64,000 nt of DNA from Terriglobales bacterium (lineage in GTDB: Bacteria; Acidobacteriota; Terriglobia; Terriglobales; Acidobacteriaceae), in the NCBI GenBank assembly GCA_025451215.1, contig JANWKU010000021.1:5075-69074 (forward strand), given 5' to 3'. Shown here in pieces: positions 45,762 through 54,250 of this stretch. The stretch's first letter is position 1; every line of letters starts with the position of its first letter. The position numbers and the translations under genes are program-made. Below the pieces are notes generated by a model that did no database searches, was not told the origin of the DNA, and saw nothing but the letters and a program-made list of their open reading frames with translations.

Positions 45762-46818
45762 ACATCTGCTGAATCTGCTCCGGAGTGTGTGATTTCAGCA
45801 GCGCCAGCGAGAGCAGGATTCGTGATTTTTGCGGGTTGAGTTCGTCGGAAGCCACAAAGCCAAGCTCATCGTCTTTGACTTCAACATTGCGACCAACAGT
45901 GCCCGTAGGCACCCGGCTGCTGCGCACGACAACTACACCCTGTTTAACTGCACGTGCAGCCGCGTCAACCGACGCCTTGTTCATGTTGCCGTTGCCAACG
46001 CCCGCGATGACGATACCCTTGGCGCCATTGCGTACGCTGCAATCGATCAGGTCTGGGGACATGTCCTCGTCCGCAAAAATAATGTCCACTCTCGGAAGTT
46101 GCGTTACATCTGAAATGTCAAATTCACTCGATGTGGTGTGCTTCCACGAAGGATTGTTGTAGAAATCATTCTTCCCATAGGAAGAAATGCCAACCAACCC
46201 TCGTAGCGGCGACATGAAGGTCTGTACAGCCGTTGTACTGGTTTTGGTCAAAGAGTGCGCTCCCTGGATCCAGTCGTTCATGACCACTAACACCCCGCGA
46301 CCCTTCGCGTTTGGATCGCCGGCAACCGCCACTGCGTCATACAGATTCAATGGGCCATCCGCGCTGATCGCAGTAGACGGCCTCATCGATCCGACCATAA
46401 CGACGGGTTTGTCGCTTTTGACCGTCAGATTGAGAAAAAATGCGCTCTCTTCCAAAGTGTCGGTGCCATGCGTCACGACAACGCCATCCACGTCGTTCGT
46501 TGCCAACAGTTCGTTAATTCGCTTGGCGAGCTTCAGCATGATTTCGAACGACATGTCTTGCGAGCCCACGTTCGCAATTTGCTCTCCCTTAAGAGTGGCC
46601 AAGTCTCTGATTCCGGGAACGGCGTCCAGCATGGCGTCAATTGTCACTTTTCCGGATGTGTAACTCGCCTGCGCCCCCGTGGCAGCAGCGCCAGCTATTG
46701 TTCCGCCAGTCGCTAAAACAACGATGTTCGGCTTGCTCGTCTGGCCAAGAGCACATTGAGAGAAACAACTCACAACGACGGCGAGGAATATATTCAAAAC
46801 CCTTTGAGGCTGTTTCAC
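45748..46818 (-). CDS. ansB: type II (periplasmic) L-asparaginase
   Basis: Signal peptide (..VVSCFSQCALG). Motifs IVVLATGGTIAG and VVTHGTDTLEE. Confidence 0.92.
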   Translation of the reverse strand: MKQPQRVLNIFLAVVVSCFSQCALGQTSKPNIVVLATGGTIAGAAATGAQASYTSGKVTIDAMLDAVPGIRDLATLKGEQIANVGSQDMSFEIMLKLAKRINELLATNDVDGVVVTHGTDTLEESAFFLNLTVKSDKPVVMVGSMRPSTAISADGPLNLYDAVAVAGDPNAKGRGVLVVMNDWIQGAHSLTKTSTTAVQTFMSPLRGLVGISSYGKNDFYNNPSWKHTTSSEFDISDVTQLPRVDIIFADEDMSPDLIDCSVRNGAKGIVIAGVGNGNMNKASVDAAARAVKQGVVVVRSSRVPTGTVGRNVEVKDDELGFVASDELNPQKSRILLSLALLKSHTPEQIQQMFATY

Positions 46819-46856
46819 GGGATGCTCCTTTTCTGGAATGTTCGGCTCTGTGAAAT

Positions 46857-48425
46857 TTATTTTTGCTGGTACTTGCTCTTGTCGAGACCGGTCAGCTTAA
46901 CCGGGTCGAGCAGTTGTTTAATTTGTTCTTCACTCAGAAGGTGTTGTTCGCGAATTAATTCGAGTACGCCCTTGTCGGTCTTATAGGCTTCTTGCGCGAG
47001 TTCCGTGGCTTTGTCATAACCCAGTATTGGATTTAGCGCAGTAACGATGCCTACGCTCGTCTCCATGTAGTGAGCGAGCGTCTTCTCATCCACAGTAATG
47101 CCGTCAATGCACTTGCTGCGGAAGAGGATTGATACTTGAGAAATCAGATGCTGCGATTCAAGGACCGTCAATCCTTCGATGGGTTCGTAGGCGTTGAGTT
47201 GCAGCTGTCCGCTGTGAGCGGCCACCGTCGTAACATAATTGTTGCCTATCACACGAAAAGCAACTAAGTTCACGACTTCGGGTACAACTGGGTTCACCTT
47301 ACCCGGCATGATGGAAGATCCAGGCTGTAAGGCGGGCAGGTCAATTTCGTTCAGTCCGGCTCGAGGCCCCGAGGTTAACAAGATCAGATCGCTTGAGATC
47401 TTCGAAAGTTTGACCGCTAAGCTATTCAGCGCGCCGGCATAATCCACGAAGCCTTGCTGGTCCCATGTAGCGGCGATCAGATCAGAGGCTGGAACAAACG
47501 GTTTGCCGGTGAGTTTTGCCAGATGTTGTGCGCACTTTTCCGCGTAGCCTTTCGGAACGTTGATCCCCGTGCCGATTGCAGTGCCACCCATGTTGATTGC
47601 GTAAAGCGATTTCTCAGAATCCTTCAATGACTGTATTTGCCATTCCAGCGACTCCGCAAAAGCGTGGAGTTCTTGCCCGACTGTCATTGGTACGGCGTCC
47701 TGCATTTCGGTACGGCCCATCTTCACAACTTCCAGGTAAGCATCACCTTTCGTGCGAAAGGACTGCGCGAGCTGTTCCAGTTCTTTGATTAGCTCCTCAT
47801 TTTGCAGGACGATCGCCACTTTGATTGCCGTGGGATAAGAATCATTCGTGGACTGCGACATGTTTAGATCGTCGTGTGGTTCAAGGTACTGATACTCGCC
47901 TTTCGAATGGCCCATCGCTTCTAGGCCAATGTTGGCCAACACCTCATTTGCGTTCATATTCGTCGAAGTGCCGGCACCGCCTTGATACCAATCGACGAGA
48001 AATTGATCGTGGTATTTTCCTGCCAACACTTCGGTGCAAGCCTTTTGAATTGCTGCGAGTCGTTCCGGCTTCATCGCGCCCACATCGGTATTGGCCTGCG
48101 CAGCAGCCAATTTGACTAAGGCAAACGCGTCAATGAATTTGGGATAGTGATTGATCAAAACGCCAGAGATTTGGAAATTTTCCAGCGCACGAGCGGTTTG
48201 CACACCGTAATAAGCATCGCCCGGGACTTCTTTCTCTCCTAATAGATCTTTTTCAATCCGAGGTTTAGTCGTGGATGATGCTTCTGCTGGCGCTTGTGAC
48301 CATGCGCGATAATCTGCGCCGACAATAATCAAGATCGCGCCAAAGAGGAACATCGCGATCTTGCGATTTTTAAAGATGCCTGTGTGGGTGATTAGCCGCA
48401 TAGTTCGGGGATTGACTGCTTGCAT
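46857..48425 (-). CDS. aspA: aspartate ammonia-lyase with an unusual ~54-aa N-terminal signal/anchor-like extension
   Basis: GTSTNMNANEV and the lyase signature GSSIMPGKVNPV. The canonical N-terminus RIEKDLLGEKEVPGDAYYGVQT begins only at residue 57. It is preceded by KNRKIAMFLFGAILIIVGADYRAWSQAP. Confidence 0.88.
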   Translation of the reverse strand: MQAVNPRTMRLITHTGIFKNRKIAMFLFGAILIIVGADYRAWSQAPAEASSTTKPRIEKDLLGEKEVPGDAYYGVQTARALENFQISGVLINHYPKFIDAFALVKLAAAQANTDVGAMKPERLAAIQKACTEVLAGKYHDQFLVDWYQGGAGTSTNMNANEVLANIGLEAMGHSKGEYQYLEPHDDLNMSQSTNDSYPTAIKVAIVLQNEELIKELEQLAQSFRTKGDAYLEVVKMGRTEMQDAVPMTVGQELHAFAESLEWQIQSLKDSEKSLYAINMGGTAIGTGINVPKGYAEKCAQHLAKLTGKPFVPASDLIAATWDQQGFVDYAGALNSLAVKLSKISSDLILLTSGPRAGLNEIDLPALQPGSSIMPGKVNPVVPEVVNLVAFRVIGNNYVTTVAAHSGQLQLNAYEPIEGLTVLESQHLISQVSILFRSKCIDGITVDEKTLAHYMETSVGIVTALNPILGYDKATELAQEAYKTDKGVLELIREQHLLSEEQIKQLLDPVKLTGLDKSKYQQK

Positions 48426-48438
48426 GGGACACCTCTAG

Positions 48439-49788
48439 TTAGCTGGGCTTTTTACCCAAGACTCTGTAGTCAAAGCTGTACTTGAATGAGAACTGGATTC
48501 GATAATCATTTGGGTTGAACCCGTCCGAAAAATTGAATCGGCGGCCATATTGGAGTTCGCCGCCAGCCATAAAATTCTTGAACGGCGAATACAGCAGGTT
48601 CGTGCTTGCATAGTCGCCGGCATGAAACGCATCCGGAGTCTGCAAGTTTGTGTTGTGCATGAGCAGCCGCGAGTAGCCGATGGCAGTCGTCCACTTTTCC
48701 GACCAACTATGGTCGAGATAGGCACTAAGGCCATACATGGGTACTGCTTGTCCTTTTATCGGTTGAATGGTGCTGGAAGGGTCGAATTTAGGCGCGACGT
48801 CTATAGGCGCGTCATTCATGTAGTTTTCAATTCCTTCGCCGTACGTGTACTGCAATCGGAGAATATTCTTGTGGAATACTAGGTTTGAACTCGCATTAAT
48901 GCCCCAACCAACTACATTCTGGGTGACATTGTTATTGAGGTTGTCAATCTTGAAGTCGCGAACAATGCCTGCAAGGCGAAGGTAGCTTTTGTTTTCCCAA
49001 GTGTGGCTGATCGCAGTCGAGAAGTCCGGAAACTGAAATCTGGGGTGGATGTTTGACAGATCAACGCGATCGGCGATCACGCCCGCGTCTCCTGAGCCGC
49101 CCGGTTTTTCCAATGCGAACATAAGCTTTGTTGCTCCATTGAGCGGGGTATATCGCAGCTGGGGATTGCGCAGAAACACCATTCCATTAGGCCCCCAATA
49201 CTCGACAACATTAGGAAACACATCGCCGTCCATGAAAACACTGTTTGTCTGGCCGGCAAGAATCGGCCCGATCTCGCCATAGTACTGACGGGGACGAATG
49301 GTTGTTTGGCCGGCATCGACGCCGACACCGAACATGTCAAATTCGAATTCGTACTTCAGCTTTCCCATTGCGGTATCTTGTTCTCCCTTCACGCCAAAGC
49401 GGGACTGCCGCACGCTGAAATAGGTGTTGCCATTTTTCCCAAACTCTCCCGGAAAGGACGGCAGCTTGGAAGGGCGCATCACGTCAAACCAGTCCGGATT
49501 ATTTGTTTTGACGTCGTAGCCCATATCGAGCATCACAAAGCCGTAGATATCCAGGTATGATTTCGGTTTGTCTTCGGGGGGAACAGATCCGCCTTGACCC
49601 TGGGTTGGCTCCTGCTCCTGTGGAGCGGCGGTCGCAAGTTCTGCATTCGCTGCCGGAGTGTTCGGGCTTGCACCGGTGCCCGTTTGTGCTTCAGCGGCTG
49701 TGAATCCACTCGCGAAAACTAGACCGGTTACAGCGACTAATACCCAAGAGAATCGTATGAATCGAAAAGTCATCGTTCGCCCCTTCAA
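48439..49788 (-). CDS. outer-membrane porin (DcaP-like by recollection; unverified)
   Basis: Signal peptide (FSWVLVAVTGLVFASGFTAAEA). YLDIYGFVMLDMGYD...YFSVRQSRFGVKGE...KYEFEFDMFG... shows a beta-barrel pattern. It is the first gene of the array, 13 nt upstream of aspA. Confidence 0.55.
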   Translation of the reverse strand: MKGRTMTFRFIRFSWVLVAVTGLVFASGFTAAEAQTGTGASPNTPAANAELATAAPQEQEPTQGQGGSVPPEDKPKSYLDIYGFVMLDMGYDVKTNNPDWFDVMRPSKLPSFPGEFGKNGNTYFSVRQSRFGVKGEQDTAMGKLKYEFEFDMFGVGVDAGQTTIRPRQYYGEIGPILAGQTNSVFMDGDVFPNVVEYWGPNGMVFLRNPQLRYTPLNGATKLMFALEKPGGSGDAGVIADRVDLSNIHPRFQFPDFSTAISHTWENKSYLRLAGIVRDFKIDNLNNNVTQNVVGWGINASSNLVFHKNILRLQYTYGEGIENYMNDAPIDVAPKFDPSSTIQPIKGQAVPMYGLSAYLDHSWSEKWTTAIGYSRLLMHNTNLQTPDAFHAGDYASTNLLYSPFKNFMAGGELQYGRRFNFSDGFNPNDYRIQFSFKYSFDYRVLGKKPS

Positions 49789-50096
49789 ATTGCATTGTGC
49801 GGACTTTCTCGTAACAGCTCTTCAGTGGATGGTGCTGTTTTGCTTCAAAAGTTCGCAGCTAGGTGGAGCTGTCCACGCCCTGAACGGTACTTTGCGGAAA
49901 TCAACGTCGCTACTGGCAAGAGCGACAGTCTTAATTGGGAGCTGGGGCTTTACTATCTGACAAATACAGAAATGATGGCTTCCTACTGCGGAGATATATT
50001 GATTACGTATATGGCAATACACAATTGTACTGAGGCGCTGGGAAGGTAGATTGCCTCATTTGCCATCCCCCGAATAGCATGGGCGTCTTAATATGA

Positions 50097-51398
50097 TTAT
50101 GCTGCACGATCATACTGCCGGTGAGTCGACAAGTTCCTGGCAGTAAATCGGCGCAACAATATCCACACGGATAGAAAGGACAAGAGTAGAACCACCAGGA
50201 ATAATTCAACAGCGCGAAAAAACAGATGATCAATAAGCCGGCGGGATCTCGCGTCAAGGTCGTTGAGTGTCTGCTGTGCGAGGACGTGTAGGTCTTTCAC
50301 GGTAGCCATTTGTTCTTGATGAACGGCATCGAGCACGATTTGCCGTTCCCCGCGAAGATCCGCTGTGGCAGCTAATCTTTCGGCGTGCAAATCAGCCATC
50401 GCTGCGACTCTTTGCTCCGTCAACTCTTCGACAGCCTGTATCCGCTCTTCCCTCAAGAACGATTGAGCGGCCAGACGCTGGTTGTCGACGTCTCCCACGG
50501 CAAGCTCACGTGCCTTTGCCGCTAACTCAGGCATGCGGCCGAGATTGTTTGACGTCTTGTCGAGCGCTCGGGTTAAAACCGTAAAATTATTTGCTGCGGC
50601 GTTGAAGTTATGATCGGTTGCAAGATCGCTCATGAGGAGTTCCGCTTGCCATCGGATCTGTTTCGGCAGATAGGAGTTATATGAATCCAGGCGGGCGGTG
50701 ATATCTCCCATGCTTTCCTGAAGCGCCCTGAGAGAAGCAAGCGATCCAAGGTCGTCTTGACGAGTCAGGCGAATTAGGTCTGCATCGGCCGACTGACGAC
50801 CGCTCAACTCCGTTTGAATTGGATGAGCGTCAGCCCAGTTACGAACTTTTTGGCGAAAGTCCTCCATGTGGGCCGAGGGCGCGGCGCTGATAACCAATTG
50901 CTCTAACTGAGTTTCCATCTTCTGGAGTGTGCTTGGCGGAATCGATTGAAGCGCACCAAACATTTTTTTTGCCGTCGGGCGATCCATGTATGTTTGTGCC
51001 TGGAAGATGAATGCCCAGGTGTCGATAACGGCAGCTAAAGGATCGGTATTCAACAATGAAGTTTGCAGGATAGGGATCGTTTCAGCTTTCCATGCCAATG
51101 CCGTCCTACGAACGGATGGATCAGGTGACTCCAGGATGATTTGGTCCGCGGCGCTCTCGATCTCAGCCGAATAGATAGCAAGCAGGGACTGATTTCGCGA
51201 GCTGAGTTCCCCCGCTGAGGCTTCCACATTTTTGGCCCGCGAAAGAGAAGAGGTTTTCCGTGTATGGCTCGCGACGCAGCCGAGAAAGAAGGTTAGTCCA
51301 AGCAGAAGAAAGCACAAGCATCGCCGAGCCCGGCCACGTGTTCCAGTGAGGATCGCGCACTCGCGTTTTGTCGATTCAAGCAGAGCGTGCACCTCCAA
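50097..51398 (-). CDS. hypothetical envelope protein (N-terminal lipoprotein-like signal, C-terminal TM helix, helical repeats)
   Basis: LCFLLLGLTFFLGCVAS (Leu-Gly-Cys). Repeated Ala/Leu/Asp/Arg helical units (AAMADLHAERLAATADLRGERQ..). C-terminal LFLVVLLLSFLSVWILL. No family recognised. Confidence 0.6.
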   Translation of the reverse strand: MEVHALLESTKRECAILTGTRGRARRCLCFLLLGLTFFLGCVASHTRKTSSLSRAKNVEASAGELSSRNQSLLAIYSAEIESAADQIILESPDPSVRRTALAWKAETIPILQTSLLNTDPLAAVIDTWAFIFQAQTYMDRPTAKKMFGALQSIPPSTLQKMETQLEQLVISAAPSAHMEDFRQKVRNWADAHPIQTELSGRQSADADLIRLTRQDDLGSLASLRALQESMGDITARLDSYNSYLPKQIRWQAELLMSDLATDHNFNAAANNFTVLTRALDKTSNNLGRMPELAAKARELAVGDVDNQRLAAQSFLREERIQAVEELTEQRVAAMADLHAERLAATADLRGERQIVLDAVHQEQMATVKDLHVLAQQTLNDLDARSRRLIDHLFFRAVELFLVVLLLSFLSVWILLRRFTARNLSTHRQYDRAA

Positions 51399-51710
51399 TT
51401 ATTCGCACTCATGAAAACTGAAATCTGAATGGTTCAGCACGACTCTTCAGAGCAATGAACATTCGCTGCGAGCAAAAAATGAAGTTACTCTTCCATACAG
51501 GGAGCCAGTGAAACTGAACCGGAAGCCATACTAAGCAATTGCGTGCAAGAGTTAACTGCCAGTTTTGCCAGTTCACGCGGTCGTAACCGGTGGTTAGCGT
51601 CAACGAACGGAACCTTCTTTGCGAGTTCCAATTAGAGTGCCCCGGCGGAGGAGCGGATTGCAATGGACTCCGCTGAACATGACCCGATATTGGCAAGACC
51701 ACTCTGAGTA

Positions 51711-52925
51711 ATGGCGTCAAATAAAGAATCTCGAGAATACCGATCTCTTGATCTGTCCGACGACGACAGGTACTTTTCGCTCAACCTGGGCGGTCCGCTA
51801 TACCAGCTATATCTTCGCAGTCGGCTCTCAACCCCTGCGCTTGGTCTCCTGCGCCGGCGAGTTATTACCATTTCGCTTTTCTGTTGGGTTCCGTTACTAA
51901 TTCTCGCTGCCGTTGATCATCATGCAATTGAAGGCGTCGCGGTGCCATTTTTGCTGGATGTGGAGGTTCACGTCCGATTTTTCGCGGCCTTACCGTCATT
52001 AATTATTGCTGAATTCATTGTGCACAAGCGCATTGTTATCGTCGTCCAGCAGTTTCTGGAGCGACATATCATTGACTCGGGAGATCGCGCTCGCTTCGAC
52101 GAAATCATCGCGTCAACCATGCGTCTCAGGAATTCCGCATGGTTGGAAATCGTATTATTAGTGTTCTCTTTTACTGTCGGATATTGGATTTGGGCCCACC
52201 GGCTTGTGCTTACCACTACTACTTGGTATGCCATGAAAACTCAGCACGCCACGGTTTTTAGCAGAGCTGGATACTGGTACGCGTTCGTGAGCCTTCCGAT
52301 CTTTCGTTTTCTACTGATTCGCTGGTATTTCCGGTTGTTTCTCTGGTATCAATTCCTATGGAGAGTGCGTGGCTTGCGGCTCCGGCTGAACTTGTACCAT
52401 CCTGATCGAGTGGCCGGACTTGGTTTTCTCGGAGCCAGCATACCAGCATTTGCACCCGTATTGATTGCGCAAACCATGCTGCTGTCTGGTTTCATTGGGG
52501 AAAGAATATGGCATGCCCATGCAAAATTGCTAGATTTTAAACTGGAAATCGTGGGTGCAATTGCTTTCCTAATGCTGTTGGTGTTGCTGCCATTGACTTT
52601 CTTTGTCTTTCACCTTGAACTTGCTCGAAGAAGAGCTCGACGCGAGTTTGGCATCCTCTCAAGCAATTATGTGGATTTGTTTCGGGATAAGTGGGTGGAG
52701 CATACACCTGGTGAAAACGAACCGCTGCTGGGAACCCCTGATCTGCAGTCCTTGGCAGACCTAGGCAATTCTTTTAACACAGTTAACAAGATTCAGCTTT
52801 TTCCGTTTGGTAGAGAATCGATTATCAGGCTCGTCGGAATTTTGCTTCTTCCATTGGTGCCGCTGATCCTGACGATCGTTCCCTTGAAAGACATTATCGA
52901 CTGGATCATTAAGCTTGCATTTTGA
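51711..52925 (+). CDS. hypothetical polytopic membrane protein
   Basis: 404-aa ORF with several long hydrophobic segments (ITISLFCWVPLLILAAV, FFAALPSLIIAEFIV, LEIVLLVFSFTVGYWIW, IVGAIAFLMLLVLLPLTFFVF, LVGILLLPLVPLILTIV). No family recognised. Confidence 0.65.
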   Translation: MASNKESREYRSLDLSDDDRYFSLNLGGPLYQLYLRSRLSTPALGLLRRRVITISLFCWVPLLILAAVDHHAIEGVAVPFLLDVEVHVRFFAALPSLIIAEFIVHKRIVIVVQQFLERHIIDSGDRARFDEIIASTMRLRNSAWLEIVLLVFSFTVGYWIWAHRLVLTTTTWYAMKTQHATVFSRAGYWYAFVSLPIFRFLLIRWYFRLFLWYQFLWRVRGLRLRLNLYHPDRVAGLGFLGASIPAFAPVLIAQTMLLSGFIGERIWHAHAKLLDFKLEIVGAIAFLMLLVLLPLTFFVFHLELARRRARREFGILSSNYVDLFRDKWVEHTPGENEPLLGTPDLQSLADLGNSFNTVNKIQLFPFGRESIIRLVGILLLPLVPLILTIVPLKDIIDWIIKLAF

Positions 52926-53081
52926 TCTGCCAGAGCAGAATTTCGATCGTGGAATACCTGGCCCACAACTTCATGATTGTGCATCAAAATCATCCACTTG
53001 CCGACTGGGTAATATCGATCCGTGACTTTTTTAAAGTCGCCAAGCTTGTCCGTTACCGTTCCTAATCTTTCTTCTCCGGTG

Positions 53082-53105
53082 AAAACTGGGCACAAAACTG
53101 GGCAC
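53082..53105. repeat. perfect tandem duplication AAAACTGGGCAC x2, downstream of tRNA-Lys
   Basis: Read directly, 71-94 nt beyond the tRNA 3' end on the tRNA's downstream side. Confidence 0.8.
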
Positions 53106-53175
53106 AGTCTGAAAGTAAAGTTTTCTTCGGCTGAAGAAGCATCACTGGCAATCAACACTTAATGAATGGGTTAGA

Positions 53176-53251
<76 letters not shown>

Positions 53252-53638
53252 GCTGGAACCGCCGCCATGATGGATCCGAATTTCTTTAACTTGCGACCGG
53301 GAGGCCGCTGGCGTGCAATTTCAAATTACTATTTTTTACCAGAATCGAGTGTAACACAGGGGTTGCGAGTGATTTTCGCGCGCGTTCCCCCAGTCGCATC
53401 CAAAAAGTTTGCGGCATAGCGCCTCCGCCAGCAATAATCGTGCATACGCGCGGAAATCAATAAATACGGTCAGGAAACAACTTTCGTGACATCAAACGGA
53501 GCTTGTCGAGGTGGCAATAAACAAACTGGAAGGGCGAGTACTTTGATCAACACTCTGATATGTTTTGAGAGGCTGTTTTACCGGCCTTCCGATTACCAGT
53601 ATTCCGATTGCTCGATTAGCTTTCCATTCGCGCACCGC

Positions 53639-54007
53639 TCAGGAGCGTCGCTGGCCATCCGCGGCGAAGGGGGCGACTGCTTCACCGATACTCGCGTTCG
53701 GACGACGCGGAGGTATTTGCTCGGACGGCGCCGCAGGCCGGCTTTCGAGTGTCCCGAGGATTGGAGCATCTTCCAGGGCGTTGATTCGCGGGCGGGAAAC
53801 GAATTTTTGCTCTGCGCACAGGCGGTCAATAAGTCTCTTTTGATTCCCGCTCAATACCTCAGCCGGGAGGTTGGGGAAATTTCGGAACAGCCACATCAGG
53901 TAAACGCGAGTGATAAATGACGGCTGAATATACCGCGGGCCCAACGGGGTAAGCACCCGCAGTACCCCGCTGGAAAGCTTTTCGATCCACATGCAGTTAG
54001 ACCCCAA
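53639..54007 (-). CDS. hypothetical protein
   Basis: 122-aa ORF with an alternative ATG at 53992 (MWIEKLSSGVLRVLTPLGPRYIQPS..). An AT-rich region lies upstream. No family recognised. Confidence 0.35.
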   Translation of the reverse strand: MGSNCMWIEKLSSGVLRVLTPLGPRYIQPSFITRVYLMWLFRNFPNLPAEVLSGNQKRLIDRLCAEQKFVSRPRINALEDAPILGTLESRPAAPSEQIPPRRPNASIGEAVAPFAADGQRRS

Positions 54008-54250
54008 TTGTGCGATTTACATTTTGCCAGAGCAATCCAAGGGCCAGAATTATTGCACCCAATTCGATGCATGTATATTGAAAAATTCTAATTTCGCGGC
54101 TTTTTTTGGTTTTGCAAGACGCCGAAATGCACAGAAATCGGTGCACATTAAGCGGCTCCAGCATTTTTAAGGGAATCGCTCCCAACAGAAGGATTTCATA
54201 CTGGGTAAAAATGTCCAAGATGAAACTGCAATCCAACCGGGGTGACTGGA

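Noticed and set aside
49789-50096. Sigma-54 (TGGCAC-N5-TTGC) promoter upstream of the amide-catabolism array, expected for nitrogen control
   Set aside because: I found no element with correct spacing on the minus strand. The only TGGCA..TTG-like string (about 50011-50027) is on the wrong strand with wrong spacing. A computational scan is still advisable.
52793-53158. 121-aa minus-strand ORF between the 404-aa membrane-protein gene and tRNA-Lys; considered as an integrase remnant
   Set aside because: It would overlap the convergent gene by 133 nt, it contains the 12-nt tandem duplication in frame, and it has no tyrosine- or serine-recombinase motif. It is left unannotated.
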